Origin: Lama guanicoe
Taxonomy: Eukaryota
NCBI GenBank assembly: GCA_013239625.1
Contig: MU053513.1
Location: 2,654,927-2,718,926 of the forward strand
Reading direction: 5' to 3'
DNA: 64,000 nucleotides
Position 1 is the first letter of the stretch. The number at the start of each line of letters is the position of its first letter. Below the pieces are notes generated by a model, which was given only the letters and a program-made list of their open reading frames with translations, made no database searches and had not been told where the DNA came from. Both the position numbers and the translations under genes were made by a program. Below are positions 40,480 to 53,444 of the stretch, in pieces.

Positions 40480-40715
40480 TTCAGGAATCAATGGTGATGT
40501 TCACGTAGCCAAGAGAGACGTCAGATCGTAGGTGGCTCCAGCTCCCGAGCTGCCTTTTTAATGTGTTTGTGTCGATGATGGCACCATTGTTCTCTAGGAT
40601 ACGTGCATCACCCTTGACTCTGCCCTTTTCCTCATCCTTCATGTGCCATTCGTTACTGAGTTGTGTTAACTCTTTCTTCATGTTGTCTCTCACATCTGTT
40701 TCTTTGTAACTTCCC
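40480..40715 (+). mobile_element. LINE-2 fragment
   Basis: gatggcaccattgttctctagg ... gcatcacccttgactctgcccttttcctcatcc. Confidence 0.6.
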
Positions 40716-41651
40716 ACTGCTTTAAAACTCTGGGCAACAAGGTGGCTTGGGTGTAGACCTCAGATTGGTACATCCACCCACTCTGGTACATCTATGAAAT
40801 CTGTGTATACTTTTAACAGAAGGGAAGGAGGTAGTGGCTGGGCTGGTGGCAACAGTGCATAGGAATCCGGTTTCAGGGAGCCGCCATCCACACCCAAGCT
40901 GTCCCTTCACAATCCTGGCATTCTCTTTAAAATCACAAAAAATAGGAAGCAGGGAAGGTGGTAACAGTTTAAAAAGGGGAAACACTTTGCTATCGAGAAA
41001 GATGTTTTCTGATCTCCTTACCCAATAATTTTCTCTAGTCACAGGTGACTTTATTGTGGAGACGGCCTCCCTGTATTTCCTGGTGAGGTGTTGGAACTGG
41101 AAAAGCACAAGCTGGGTCAGACACAAAATCAATATTCTTTGATTCAGTTTCAGCCCTTCGCTGTGGCACTTTTCCCCGTCATCTCTTTCAAGAGGCAATG
41201 CCACAAGAAAATCAGATTTTTCTCTAATCAAGTGTAAGGAATGATATTTAGCTTTTTGATAATCAAGGAGTTTCCCAGAACTCAGTGTTGGTTAAAATAT
41301 TACAGTTGTTCAAATCCTGATTTCATATTGCAACATACCACCAGAAACTTCTTTTGATTGTTATCATTTTTTTTCTTTGGACACTAATACAAAAGTAACT
41401 GTATTTAATAAGCATGTTAAACACAGACTTAGTACTATTAAGCGGAAAGACCTCTGAGTGTATGAATGGATGAATTAGTGTTTCCCAACAAATCACCTTT
41501 ACAAATGTGCTCCAGTGAAGAGGGGGGAGCACCGAGGGGAGGGAACCACTTTTCTATTGATAACCATTGTTTTCCTCTAACACACGTATTTGTCTTTTTT
41601 GGCATTCATGACATTACAGAGGATAACTCAGGAATATGCAATCTTAGCAGG

Positions 41652-41808
41652 TTTTGGGGTTTTTTTTTGTTTTTGTCTTTTTTTAGTGGGGGAGGTAGGT
41701 AATTAGGTTTATTTATTTATTTATTTCAGTGGAAGTACTGGAGATTGAACCCAGGACCTCATGCATCATAGGCATGCACTTTACCACTGAGCTATATCCT
41801 CCCGCCCA
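41652..41808 (-). mobile_element. Camelid Vic-1-type tRNA-derived SINE
   Basis: ggtaattaggtttatttattt ... tggaagtactggagattgaacccaggacctcatgcat ... ttaccactgagctatatcctccc, homologous to the copies at 7.7 and 16.2 kb. Confidence 0.9.
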
Positions 41809-42104
41809 CCCCTCTTTTCTTGTCTTGAAATGCATCCAGGATTTGGTCAAAGAGTTATACTTTGTGCAATCTGTGTTTTAGACAAAGGAACATTATTTTT
41901 ATTTTTAGGCTACCCAGCATGTGAAAATATAGCGAAAAAAACCTGCTAATTTATTAGCTTATTTAGAAAACATCATTTTGAATATTAAGTTTCCTTGAAT
42001 ATGTTGAAATATCTGAGATGATTATTGCACCTTGAAAGTACTGAGGGAAAGAAGACTGAAATTTAAAGATTCAGTGCTGTGAAATACACAACTAAGGAAG
42101 AATT

Positions 42105-42302
42105 AAAAACAATATATATTTGGCACCTAATGTGTTATTTTATGTATATATTATATATTAAACATACTTACATATTTTATAAATTTAATAAATTTATGGA
42201 TAGAAGTTATAGTTATATATAAATATTATGTAATTTTATATAATTTATAAATAAATAATATATAAATATATTTATATATCATAAATATTTATATATTAAA
42301 AA
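42105..42302. repeat. AT-rich low-complexity tract
   Basis: Nearly pure A/T, with (TA)-rich degenerate repeats. Confidence 0.85.
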
Positions 42303-43509
42303 ACTGGAAAAAATATTCATTTCTTTCAATTTAGTTTATACCCCATGTTGTTTTAGGAGCACATTAGTTGCATAAAAATGGGAAGACAACACGTGTGCAT
42401 TTATTTAACAAACATTATGCATCTACTCACCAAACATCACCAAAGTGCCTGCCATGAGCCTGGCCCTGCACAGCTAAGGTAGTTTGCTTTTTAATTTTGA
42501 GTAATTCTTGTATCAGGAAGAAAAACATATAAACATCTTTGTGTGTTCTTATGCTCAATCCCTTAGAAGATTCAGGAAGTATTTTGTCTATAATAATATG
42601 GCATCTCTCTGAATAAAGGGTTCTGTGGCTGCGGGAGGAACTGGTCTCAAAAGTGGCCCTAATACCCCATCTCTCCCTTTACAGACCATAAATGTCCAAC
42701 ACTGTCCCAACAGCGCTTCAAAGGAAGTGTTTTAAAAACCGGATCAATACTCTTCAACCCTCTTCTTGGGATTCTAGACCCCACAGTGTGCTCCGCTCTG
42801 TTTCCTCTCTCCCTCCAGGCCTTTATTCTTGTCACCTCACTTTGTTCCCAGCATCAGGGACAACGTGCTCATGGAGAAGTTTGATTCTCTTGTCGGGATT
42901 CTATCATTTCCTGCTTTGCTGACCTGACTTTGATGCCCCCCTGTTCTGTGGTGAACTGGAGCGACAAGAGCAAGGAGTTATTGCTTCTAAGCAGAGGAGG
43001 CTGTCTGAACCGTTAACCCTCTGGAGCAAAGAGCAATCATGTTTACTCACAGTGAGGAAAACGGAGGCACTTGAAGCCTCATCAGTAAAGAAAACAGAGG
43101 TAACAGAGAGATTCAATTACAAACTCAGTGACAACCAGTTAGCTCTGTGTTTGGGTTCATCTCTCTTTTGGCTATTTCTTAGAAAATATTTCAAATTAAG
43201 AAAATGAAATCCTATGATAATTCCCATGCTGCATAAATTGTTACAGAGCCCAGAAAAATGTGGGACCTATACTAATTCATATAACCAACCCAGCATCACA
43301 CTAATACTGAAACCCAGGAAAGAGCCAAAAGGGAGTAGAGATGAGAAATGACAGTACAATCCCGTTTATAATTACAGATTCAAAACTCTTCAATCAAAAC
43401 CCAACCAACTGACCATCGCACTAAATTAAGCAGCCGTACATACTCCATGGCCAAGCAGGTTCTATTTCAGGAGAGCAAAGACAATTTACTATAAGGAAAG
43501 CTATTAATA

Positions 43510-44056
43510 TGGTACTTCTCAATTCTGCACCCTAAATCAGCGGGTTACTAGTTGGTCTTATGTGAGGGAAGGAGGAACAGGTAATGTTTGGAAATGGTGA
43601 GTTTAGTAAATTTAACTGAATTTTTTTCGGTTATGTTGCGATATAATTGACATACAGCACTGTATATGTTTGAGGTGTTCAGCATAATTTGACTTACATA
43701 TATTGTGAACCAATTGCCACAGTGAGTTTAGTTAATATCCATCATCTCCTATAGGTACAAAAAACATGATTTTTTTTGTGATAAGAACTTTTAAGATCTA
43801 CTCTTTCAGCAACTTTCAAATATACCACACTGCATTATGGTGTATATTTTTTTTAACTGAATATCTTGACTGCTAGACTTCCCAGCATCTTTAATATAAG
43901 AGCTAATGATTCTCTAAGAACTAAAGATGCCAGGCAGCACTTCCCCAAGCTGTTTGACCAGATGACAATTTCCTATTCTCCCTCAATTTTTTTTTTTGAT
44001 AGACCAGCCAAAGGAAGAAAGTGTTTTTTCTGAGAAACAATTTTGGTGGATCCTGT
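43510..44056. mobile_element. hAT-Charlie-like DNA transposon remnant within the old L1
   Basis: Degenerate ends tacttctcaa ... gaaacaattttggtggatcctg. Internal cagcacttccccaagctgtttgacca. Confidence 0.45.
43622..43851 (-). mobile_element. Artiodactyl-type LINE-1 3' tail with TSD
   Basis: Homologous to 6000-6230 (gatataattgacatacagcactgtata). TSD tttaactgaat at 43611-43621 / 43852-43862. Confidence 0.85.
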
Positions 44057-44894
44057 ATTAACTTAATGCATTATATTGGTCATTCAAGGAAACACCATAT
44101 CATATCTTCAAAAGATGCCAGCAAGAATTGGACAAAATCCAATATTCAACTCAAATAAAAGTATTTTAATCTGTGACTTAGTGTAAGAAAGAAGCCCTCT
44201 CTTAAACAAAGGGACAGCATCAAAAGTAATGGTAAAATACTAGGAGATCTGTGTGTCATTAAAATTAGGAAAACGTATATGCTGTTATCTTTTTCACCTA
44301 AACATTGTTCTGGAAATTTTAGTGACTGGAATGACATGAAATGTTAATGATGAGAAGAAACAGAGCTCTTACACCTACATGAAATGTTGAAAAATTATAG
44401 AAGGAAGCTAAAAGCTATTAGAATAAGAGAGTTTGATACAATGGTCAAATACAAAAGAATATATATTGAAAAATGAATAGTTTTCTCTTATAACCAGAAC
44501 CTACACGTAGGAAAATATGATGTGCTGAAGTAATCCTAAAATTCATAACAGCAAAACTATTTTTTAAACACAGAGAATAATTTTAATAAAAATTGGTGGG
44601 ACATTCAGGACTGGACTACCAGCTTCACTCACTGGGAGGACTGAAGGCTGCAAATGCGTCTACTCTGCCCAAATTAATAAGTCTGAATGCAATTTTGATC
44701 AAAATTCCCCTGGTGCAAAAATTATCGCAAAAGTTAAAATACATTGACAAAGTGGAAGGAAAAACATTGGTGATACATATGAATTGTAAAGGGTTAATGT
44801 TTTAATATAAAAATTGCTTTTTAAAAAGTGGTTTTAAAAAGGCCAGCACTGAAGAAAATGGGCACAGGTGCTCACAGTCACATATTGGCAGCTC

Positions 44895-45172
44895 GGGGAC
44901 TTTGGTCTTCTGACAAATGCTCCTTAGTGAGCTCTCCTCTGACCACCCTGCATCAGTATCAAACTGACCACCCCCTCACCCAGCTTCATTGTTCTCCACA
45001 GCACTTACACCCACCTGACATAGTAGAGATTTGTTTATTTACTCTTTCTCCTCCTAGTCAATTGTAAATTGCACGTGTCATTTATTTGGTTAATTTCTGT
45101 TTTCCCAGGATCTAGAGTAATACTTGTCATATAGTAGGAGCTCAATAAGTATCTGTTGATTGAATGAATAAA
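44895..45172 (+). mobile_element. LINE-2 3' end
   Basis: catatagtaggagctcaataagtatctgttgattgaatgaataaat terminus. Confidence 0.85.
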
Positions 45173-45294
45173 TACCATTTCGTCTCTTCTATTTATTAAG
45201 TATTTCCTAAATCATTGGATGTTTTGACTGATTTATTCTATGTGTGACATTTTTGGTAGTTTAGAAAATTCAGTAATTGTCTTTTATTGGGAAT

Positions 45295-46180
45295 GTTGGA
45301 GAAGGTATTCTAAAGAAGGTGATATTTTGGGGTATTAAAGTATGAATAGGAGTTTGTTTGTTGGATGAAGAGGGAGGGGGCATTCCTGAAAGAGGTATAG
45401 TATACGCTGAAAGACAGAAGATAAACTGTGGTACATTCAGGGGATGATGAGGAGTTTAATATCACCACACCATAGAACATGTACAAGGGAGTTGCAGGAA
45501 ATGAGATAGATTTTGAAATTTGGACTGTAAAAGAGTCTTCTTTGCTACATTTGTGTGCTTGGGTATCTTTTAACCTATAGAGAGCTAACATGTGTTTGTT
45601 ATGAAACAACATGATTATATTTTTATGATAATAAGCCTATGTGGATTATGAACTGCATTTGGGAAATACTGGTGAGAGAATGACAAGTCAGGGAGCCCAG
45701 TTAAGACATAATGAAGATAGAGACTAAGGTGTGACAAAGGATTAAAGAGAAGAGAGGCTAGAGGTAAGAAACGTTCCAGAAGAATACGAAAATGAAAGCA
45801 AGAAGATGCAGCAAAGGGTCAACCAAAGGTATTTCCAATTTGACAACTAGGTAGGATGGTGACACCATAATGGAAATGGAGAATCCAGAGGCCAAGTTAT
45901 TTCAGGGTGTCAGGTAACAGAGTCTGGTATGGATGTGTTAAACTTGAGTTGCCTCTGGGACCTCAGCTTGGGAAGTTCCAAAATTAATTAAGGATATGTT
46001 TGGACAAGTCAGGTCTAGATAGAGAGGTCTTGGCATAACTAGGTTATGGATTATTAGAGAGGAACAGAGGTCAAGGAGTGAAAAGGAACAAGAATGGATC
46101 TTTAAGGAACGCCAACATTTACTGTGTTGGCAGAAGGTAAGGGGTCAAAGGAAGAGACGGAGAAGACACTGTCAGAAATG
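45295..46180 (-). mobile_element. LINE-2 fragment
   Basis: Purine-rich antisense L2, e.g. tgacaactaggtaggatggtgacacca, ggatgtgttaaacttgagttgcctctgggac, aggaacgccaacattta. Confidence 0.75.
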
Positions 46181-46799
46181 TCACTTGATGCCTGATTCTT
46201 CTAGACCGTGCTGGAGATTACATTCATATTCTCTCTCCATCTCTCACAGAGAATATTTAAATTATGCATACTGGTTTTTTCGTTATCTTTTAATAGAAGA
46301 AAACTAATATAGCAGCCAGATTCAGTGCTTACTTATGAATTTCTGAGAGTGGGTATAGTATGGTATCCAGCATTGCATGAACACGGTTGATTACAGAACC
46401 CTTAACCTCTGGTATTTCATAGAACATATTCTGGAAAACATTATACTATATGTTTTTAGTAATCGCGTGTTATATACGGAAGTTAAGTTGACAGTTTCAT
46501 TATAATAAAGTACTTCTTATCTATTAAAAATGAAACACTGAATTGATCTGTCCTCATAATTCTCATTATTCAACCATTCTTTCAGAGAACTGTGACTTTG
46601 CAAGGCCCAGCCAATTCTTTATGTGGTTCAGGGTGAAAGTTACAAAGATTTGTACTTTTGAAGTAAATATGTGTGCTTATAGACTAATACTAAGTTTTTT
46701 TCTATATGCTTGATTTTTCATTTCCCACTTAATTTTGGCCCAAATCTATTTGCTATTATAAAATATTTCATACAGATGAAGGACTAGAGGTAATGTGTT

Positions 46800-47950
46800 T
46801 GTTGGTCCACAGAAAAATAAACTACCAAGCTTAAAAAAATATAGCATTATCAATTCAGACCCTTGTATTCCGATCCCCTGTCTCCCTAGCAGGAGTAATC
46901 ATTATTTTAGTTTTTAGATTTATTATTCCATTATTTTTAGTATAGTTTTATTCTATATATTTATATGTATCCACAAACAATCTGTTATATGGTTTTGTGA
47001 GCTTTTCAACTTTAAATAAATGGCATCATTTTGTACGTATTCCTCTGTGACTAGTCTTTTTCATTCAATATTTTGTTTGTGAGATTCATCTCTGGTAATG
47101 CTTATGGCTATAGTTCATTCATTTTTTTACACTACCATAGTAAAATCCATTTATGAATACTTTTATGATAGTTTATTTATCCACTCTTTTGTCAAAGGAT
47201 ATCTGAGATGTCTCCAGTTTTTCTTATTCCTCTTGCAAATATTACTACTATGAACATTCCCACACCTGTACCAGTGCTTCTCTAGGGAAATATCTCGGAG
47301 TGCAATTGTTACGTAGAAAAGTAAGCAAATGTTCAAATACAAGATAATTCCAAATTGTTTTCTAAGGGGCTGGGACCAATTTCTATGCCTATCAATAGCA
47401 TATAATAGCTCCTGCTGCTCCTTGTCTATCCTCAGTAATACTATACATTTTCAGACTTTACAATTTTTGCCAATCTAGTGGGTGTAAAATGGTATTTAAT
47501 TTGGTTTGAATTTGCATTGCCCTGATTACTAATGAGGTGGGGAATATTTTCGCATGTTTATCAGCTATTCGTGTTTCTTCTTCTGTGAAACGCCTATTCA
47601 GGTTATTGCTTATTTTTTTTCTAGTGGGTTGTTATTCTTTTCCGTAATGATTTTTTAGTAATCTTTTATGCAACTCCCGTCTGTGTGTGTTACAAGTACA
47701 AGCCCACTGTGGCTTATCAGTTTACTTTTTTTCTTGGAAACTTTTTCATTTAAAATGAATCAATCAGTTAAACTGATGAAACCCTTAAAAATAAATATAT
47801 TAATTTATTATTTAATACAATTAATAAGACTAATCAAGTGTATCAGTCCTTTCCTTTACAGTTTGTGCTTTGGGACCTGTTTCTAAGAAATCCGTCCCTA
47901 ATCGGATATCAAATTTAAGATTCTTTAAAAAGCACATTTCCTTTGCCTTA
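46800..47950 (-). mobile_element. Old LINE-1 (L1ME/MC-like) 3' region
   Basis: tttgtgagattcatc ... tatagttcattcattttt, and tttgcattgccctgattactaatgaggt ... gtttcttcttctgtgaaacgcctattc. Confidence 0.85.
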
Positions 47951-48069
47951 CACTTAAAATTACAAACCTGTTATTATACTTAGATTTATTGTACCAACAA
48001 CCTACAAACCGAATGGCTTAGGAGACCTCATGTGTCCTTTTGTGCCTTTCCTCCTGCTAACCCGCCCCC

Positions 48070-48082
48070 NNNNNNNNNNNNN
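48070..48082. other. Assembly gap (13 N)
   Basis: Run of n between a C-run and a (GC)(CA) microsatellite. Confidence 1.
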
Positions 48083-48699
48083 GTGCGCGCACACACACGC
48101 CTGCGGGTCGCTTTCTCTCCCCACGCTCATCTCCAGTTCCACCGCCCCGCAGAAGTGGTCCCCAGCCGTAACTCCGGGTGCACCGCCAGCATCAGATTTT
48201 CACACGTAAGCTTGTTTCTGTGTGCTTGCTATGCACAATCGTTAGCCAAGCTGTCAGTAGTTAGGGTTGCCTTTCGTATTTATTCCAACCTTTTTTCTTT
48301 CATTTTTAAATCCAGTAGCATTAACTTTTGTTCATTCTTGTTAAGTCACCTGAAATTATATTTGTTGCATTTAAATTCTCATTAATGCAAATGGCTGAAC
48401 AAATCCATTTCGGTGGATGCTCAAACAGTTGTCACTTCAACACAGCCTCATGACAACTCCCACATCAGAACAGTACTTTATTTGCTAAATTTTGACCCAT
48501 CTTAACTCCCATGTTGTTTTTTTCCAGCAGTCACAAGTGTACACTTGACAGCTTTTTTCTCTTTCTAGAAGCCTTATTAAAGGCCTCCTTCTTTCACATG
48601 ATGACCTCACTTCTTTGCAAAGCAATTAGGGACTATTTCTTCCTCACATCTTCCCCACCTCCTCTGAATTCTTCTTCATTTGTGACCTGTTTTCATTCA

Positions 48700-49200
48700 T
48701 TTGGGTAGGAGGAGGCTATCTCTCAACCTATCTGGGACCCAGAGCTTGCATCTTGTCCCTGCCAACTTCTAGTTAGACTTCCTCTGACTCCTTCAAAATC
48801 TCTCCTTTCCTGACTTTTTCTCCTCGGTATACGATAGAGCTCTCCTCTCTCCCTCGGCTCGTCACCTTCAGCACTGCTTGTGTTAACTTCTCTATTCCCA
48901 CGCCATTCCTTCCTCATTCCAGTGCAAACTGGCTTCTCCCAGTTAGTCGCTAACTCATGGACCCCAAATGATTTTTCTTAGGAGATCTAGGTTTTAATCC
49001 TGGCTTGGCCACTGACTAGCTGTTCCAAGATTGGGAAGAAAGACAAGGAATTTTTCTCAGTCACAGTGTCCCTGTAAATGGGAGTAATTATTCCGAGGTC
49101 ATTAGGTTGTTGTGAGGATTAAATAAAACAGTATTTGGAATCGAGCTTCATGCCAGCACATGATAGGAGTTCTATATGTGGAAATTTTCTTTCTTTATCT
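48700..49200 (+). mobile_element. L2 fragment followed by MIR
   Basis: Pyrimidine-rich L2 (ttccagtgcaaactggcttct), then MIR ggttttaatcctggc ... actagctgt ... ctgtaaatgggagtaat ... ggttgttgtgaggattaaat. Confidence 0.7.
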
Positions 49201-49777
49201 TTTAACTTAATTGCCTCTTCTTTTATCTCCTCTTTCAACTTTGAAAAATAAATTCCTATTGCTTCTTGAGCTAATGATTGAAATCTTTTACCCCATAATT
49301 ATCTTTTAACCGAGACCCAAAGTCCTAATTCCTTTATTTATTAAAAATAATTATACATGTCCTTCAAACTACCTTATGCATTTCATTTTATTTTATTGTT
49401 TATCCAGTTATATTTCAGTGAATACTAGAAAATAAAAAGTAAAAAGAACTAAAATTAGTGAACTTTAAGATGCTGTTTTCCTGCAAAAACCTGAAGGTGG
49501 CCTCAATACATTTTGTCCATTTTGTGGATGACCACTTCCAGGAAATTTTTTAGTGAAATGGGATTGGGAAAAATACATTAGATTAATGAATTCTGAAGTA
49601 GTGCTCTAATCTAATTATTAAATCTAATCCATATTCATAAGTTGAAAGATGGCCAGAAAATGTTGCTTTGATGCATTTATTTGAGAATAACCCTGATAGG
49701 TCTTAAAGCATCCCAAACAGACATGTTTAAGACACAGCACAGCATAGTCTCACACAGTGAAATACCCAGAGGTGGAA

Positions 49778-49851
49778 TAGATTTATATACTGGATGAGAT
49801 CATATACTCGATGAGGTAGATTTATATACTGGATGAGCCATATAATCAGAT
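49778..49851. repeat. Local tandem duplication (39-bp period)
   Basis: tagatttatatactggatgag is identical at 49778-49798 and 49817-49837. Confidence 0.9.
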
Positions 49852-51499
49852 CCAGGAATTTTTGGAGAGGAAGAAGGCACAGAAAAATGAGCTGGGGTCC
49901 TGTCTTATTGGTCCTTATTTCTCTAGGTCCCAGTAGAATGTATGTACTCAGAGAAGGTAGGACTGAATAATAAGAGTAGGGTTGAAATATGACTCTTCAT
50001 TTGAAAGAGGTGAAGGTGGCCCCATTTCCAGATTAGTGTACCTTTAAAATAACCTTTGATCTAAAATAGATTTTTAATTCTTACCTATTTCTTTCTTCCC
50101 AGTAGGTCAGGTTTCCAGATGTAGAGAATAAACACAGCACATAGGATGTCAAATTGTGGGTTCTGAAAACTGTGTATTAGTGATCATAATTTCATTGACA
50201 GGCATCACCCAAAATAATAAAATATGACAGCGAATGGAAGAAGTTTTTTGTATTTTCTAAGTGACATTCTTCCCATCACACGTGCACACACACATATACT
50301 GAGCTAAAAAATGGAAAGGGTAATAAAATGATCACATAACCCATTTTATCATAATTTCTTGGATATTCATGTGTAGACACAGCACTTAGCTCCCTTTCAC
50401 CATAAAATGTTTACAGTTGTTCTTTTACAATAAGCTCATACTCTAAAACTGAAAAAAAAATGAAACCTTACATAAACATTTCAATTATTTTACGCACAAG
50501 AGAGTGATAAAAGATGATTTATTTTAATGTGAACAGCTAATGAAAAATATTAATGGTATTTCTTCTATCAAACTTATGGAAATCAGGAATCCTAAAAATA
50601 TCTGTAAGAAAACATTGCAATGAACCTACAACCATAAAAAAGCACATAACACTAATAGAGGTGAATTATTTTTGAGAAATAAATATTTCAATACTCAGTT
50701 TCAGAAGTGTTTTTACTTTCCATGAAAAACACAGAAATGCAGTGAGAATTACATATACTTAGACTTCACATACTTTTGTCAGAAATTTATTTTTCAAATA
50801 GGTATAGAAGGAAATATATGTTAGATACTGGTATTCTTGAAGAAATGCTCTAATTACTCCTCACTTAAACACTTAGTAAATAAAACCCTTTTTTTTCAGT
50901 CTGACAGAGCTTCCCATTTATTTTTTAATTTGTGAAGCATTTATGGCAGGAATGAGCCGTGAAGCTCCGTGCTTTTCTATAAAGCACACGAGAACCATGG
51001 GTATAGAAGAGATCAGTAGAAGGATTAGTGGAGGTTTGAAAAGTATTGTACTTTTTGCCGTCATCCAATACAGCGGAGTAGATACAAGGAGTTTTTTGAT
51101 CCAGAAAGATTGAAGTAGGATTAGAATTCATATTTTTTCCCCAAGACTGCAGCATCAGTTTAAATTCTCAAACCTGTAAGCAACATTTTTGCAAAATATT
51201 TCTACTTGTCAGCTTGACTCCAGTCATCCCTTTGGTACCCTGGGGCAGCTTATCCTTCTGAAAGCCCTGGATACTGTGTCGGGGGCCGAAGTGCGTGAAC
51301 GCATGGGATGGCTGCCCTCCTGGAGTCTGACTGGCACCCTGCTCATGAAGAATCTGCCATCTTGGTTGTGAAGGCACCTGGATATGTGCACTTAAACTGA
51401 GCCTGGATGACTAAAATCAGGGCCTGGTGGACAAGAGGCATGCCAGGCAGAGCGAAGAGCATGAGCAGTGCATTATTTTAGGGATGACTCAGCAGAAAG

Positions 51500-51620
51500 A
51501 GCACACACCCCAGGGCTCCCAATCCAAGCTCTAATACTTCCTAGTGTGAACTTGAGCCCATCACTCAATCTCTTCCAGTCTCAGTTTCTTCATTAGTAAA
51601 GTGACAATAAAAATACAGAA
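51500..51620 (+). mobile_element. MIR fragment
   Basis: gtgtgaacttgagcccatcactcaatctcttccagtctcagtttcttcattagtaaagtg. Confidence 0.7.
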
Positions 51621-53444
51621 GCCCTCCACTTACTAATAGTTTAGCTTATCAACGGCTGTTCAGAAGTCCATTTGCTTTTTAGTTCCAAAGTAACCAATTT
51701 TTGAATTCCTTTCAAAATGGCAGTCTAAGCTAGTCCTTCAAAGTTTAAAACGAGGAATATTTTCTCTCTTTCTTATTAGTATACTATGGTTAACTTAATT
51801 AGAGTCCTTTTGCCCGTTGAACTCTCCCCCATGCCCTCCCACCAGAAACGATGCCCACAGTAGTTAGAGGGGTATCTGCCCCTGTGCCCAGCCCACTTCT
51901 TCACATGGTGCAGAGTTGAACAATCTGCCAACTTACAGAACCATTCTTGGCCCAGGGGAATGGTTTTATCAACAATTTCCCCGTGCTTCTCAGATCATGC
52001 TTGACTACTCGCGAGTTAATGTAGAGTGTGTCTGAATGTCAGGACACAAAATCACACGCATAAGACATAAAACTTAACTGTATTTTGAGCTTCCACTCAG
52101 CTTTATATGGCAAAAGTGAAGTCAAGTGAGGGGTGTGTGTGTGTGTGTGTATGTGTCTGGTCTACGTGTGGCTATAGCTTTCCACTAGAAAGGAAAGGAC
52201 ACTCACCACTGTCAACACCAGGACCCCGCACATGATAAGCAAGCAGCTTATATTTATTGAATAAACGAAGATAAGATGATTCAAAATGAATGACTAGTCA
52301 AAATGGAACATGTAGGCTCTCTGCTGCTTCATTAGAGCTTCTCCCCACTCCCTGAAAGTTCTGGGTAAGAGTGTCTGGCAGGCCTCCTGCACTGATCAAA
52401 TGAGGGAACTAATCAGTAGAAAACTGCCTACCATTTCTTTGCTTTATACCTTCAGACTCAGACAAAACTATGGTTTTTCTTTCTTTCTTCTTTCTTTATT
52501 AATGTCCCCAGAAAACTTTTCAGACTAGTAAATCTCTCTGAAAACACAGCAGTAGTTAGCAAAAAAGGAAAAAACAGAAACCCTTTTAACCATCTCTTAA
52601 AATTAACTCAAGGATAATTATAAGCCCACAAGTACAAACATGTTCAATCAAAACTGAATTCAGGTCCAAAGAGACTGACTTACAGCATCCCATCCATCTC
52701 TGCGTGGAGACCCAGACTGTGGCTGGCCACGTGTACGGTTCATTTATAGCAATGGTCATAACAAATGTTCTGACATATGAAATACAGAGGGAAAGTCCTG
52801 GGCTGATGTCATTTCAATCTTGCTGTGACTTAGTGGAACTAGTCATTCACTTGTTAGCAATCTCTACTTCACTGTATATCGTTTTGTTTTCTAAAATGAG
52901 ATACTAGGCTAAATTATTTACATAAGAAATTTGATAGTTGCCATGTATCTTGTAAGTATCAGTAACAATGCAAGTGCAGGTTTGTCTATATTTGAGTTTC
53001 TTAGAATTTAAAGTTTTGTCCAAGAAGAACTTTTGCAGTTAATACTAAACAATGCTTTATGTCTTTTTTTCAGATTTACACCCACCTTCCCTCCCTAGGA
53101 CCCTTCTTGGGCAACTACTGTTCGCCAGGAACTGTGTTAAAAGCTGAGGCTATCTCACACAAACAGGAGGCAGTCTCTATCTCAGAGACTGACTGTTTAA
53201 CTGAAGAGGCAGGCATTGCAAAAACAATTATAACTTCATGTAATAAGTAAAATAAAAGAGGCATGCATAAGTTATTAAGGAGGGAGTAATTAATTCTGCG
53301 TGGGGAGGCAAAGGGGAAGCAAAAGCTAAAGCAGGAGGCCCTTGAAGAGTTTTGCAGGAGTCCTCCAGGCCTCGTGTTAATAAACAAGGCCCACATTCCA
53401 TGTGTTTATCTGAATTAAAAAGATAAACTCTACGTTTTCCAATG

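Larger units (their letters stand above)
43200..44865 (+). mobile_element. Ancient LINE-1 ORF2 remnant, interrupted by nested insertions
   Basis: L1 RT-region motifs ccatggccaagcaggttctatttcagga (43445), then aaagatgccagcaagaattggacaaaatccaata (44110) and aaagctattagaataagagagttt. Confidence 0.7.
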
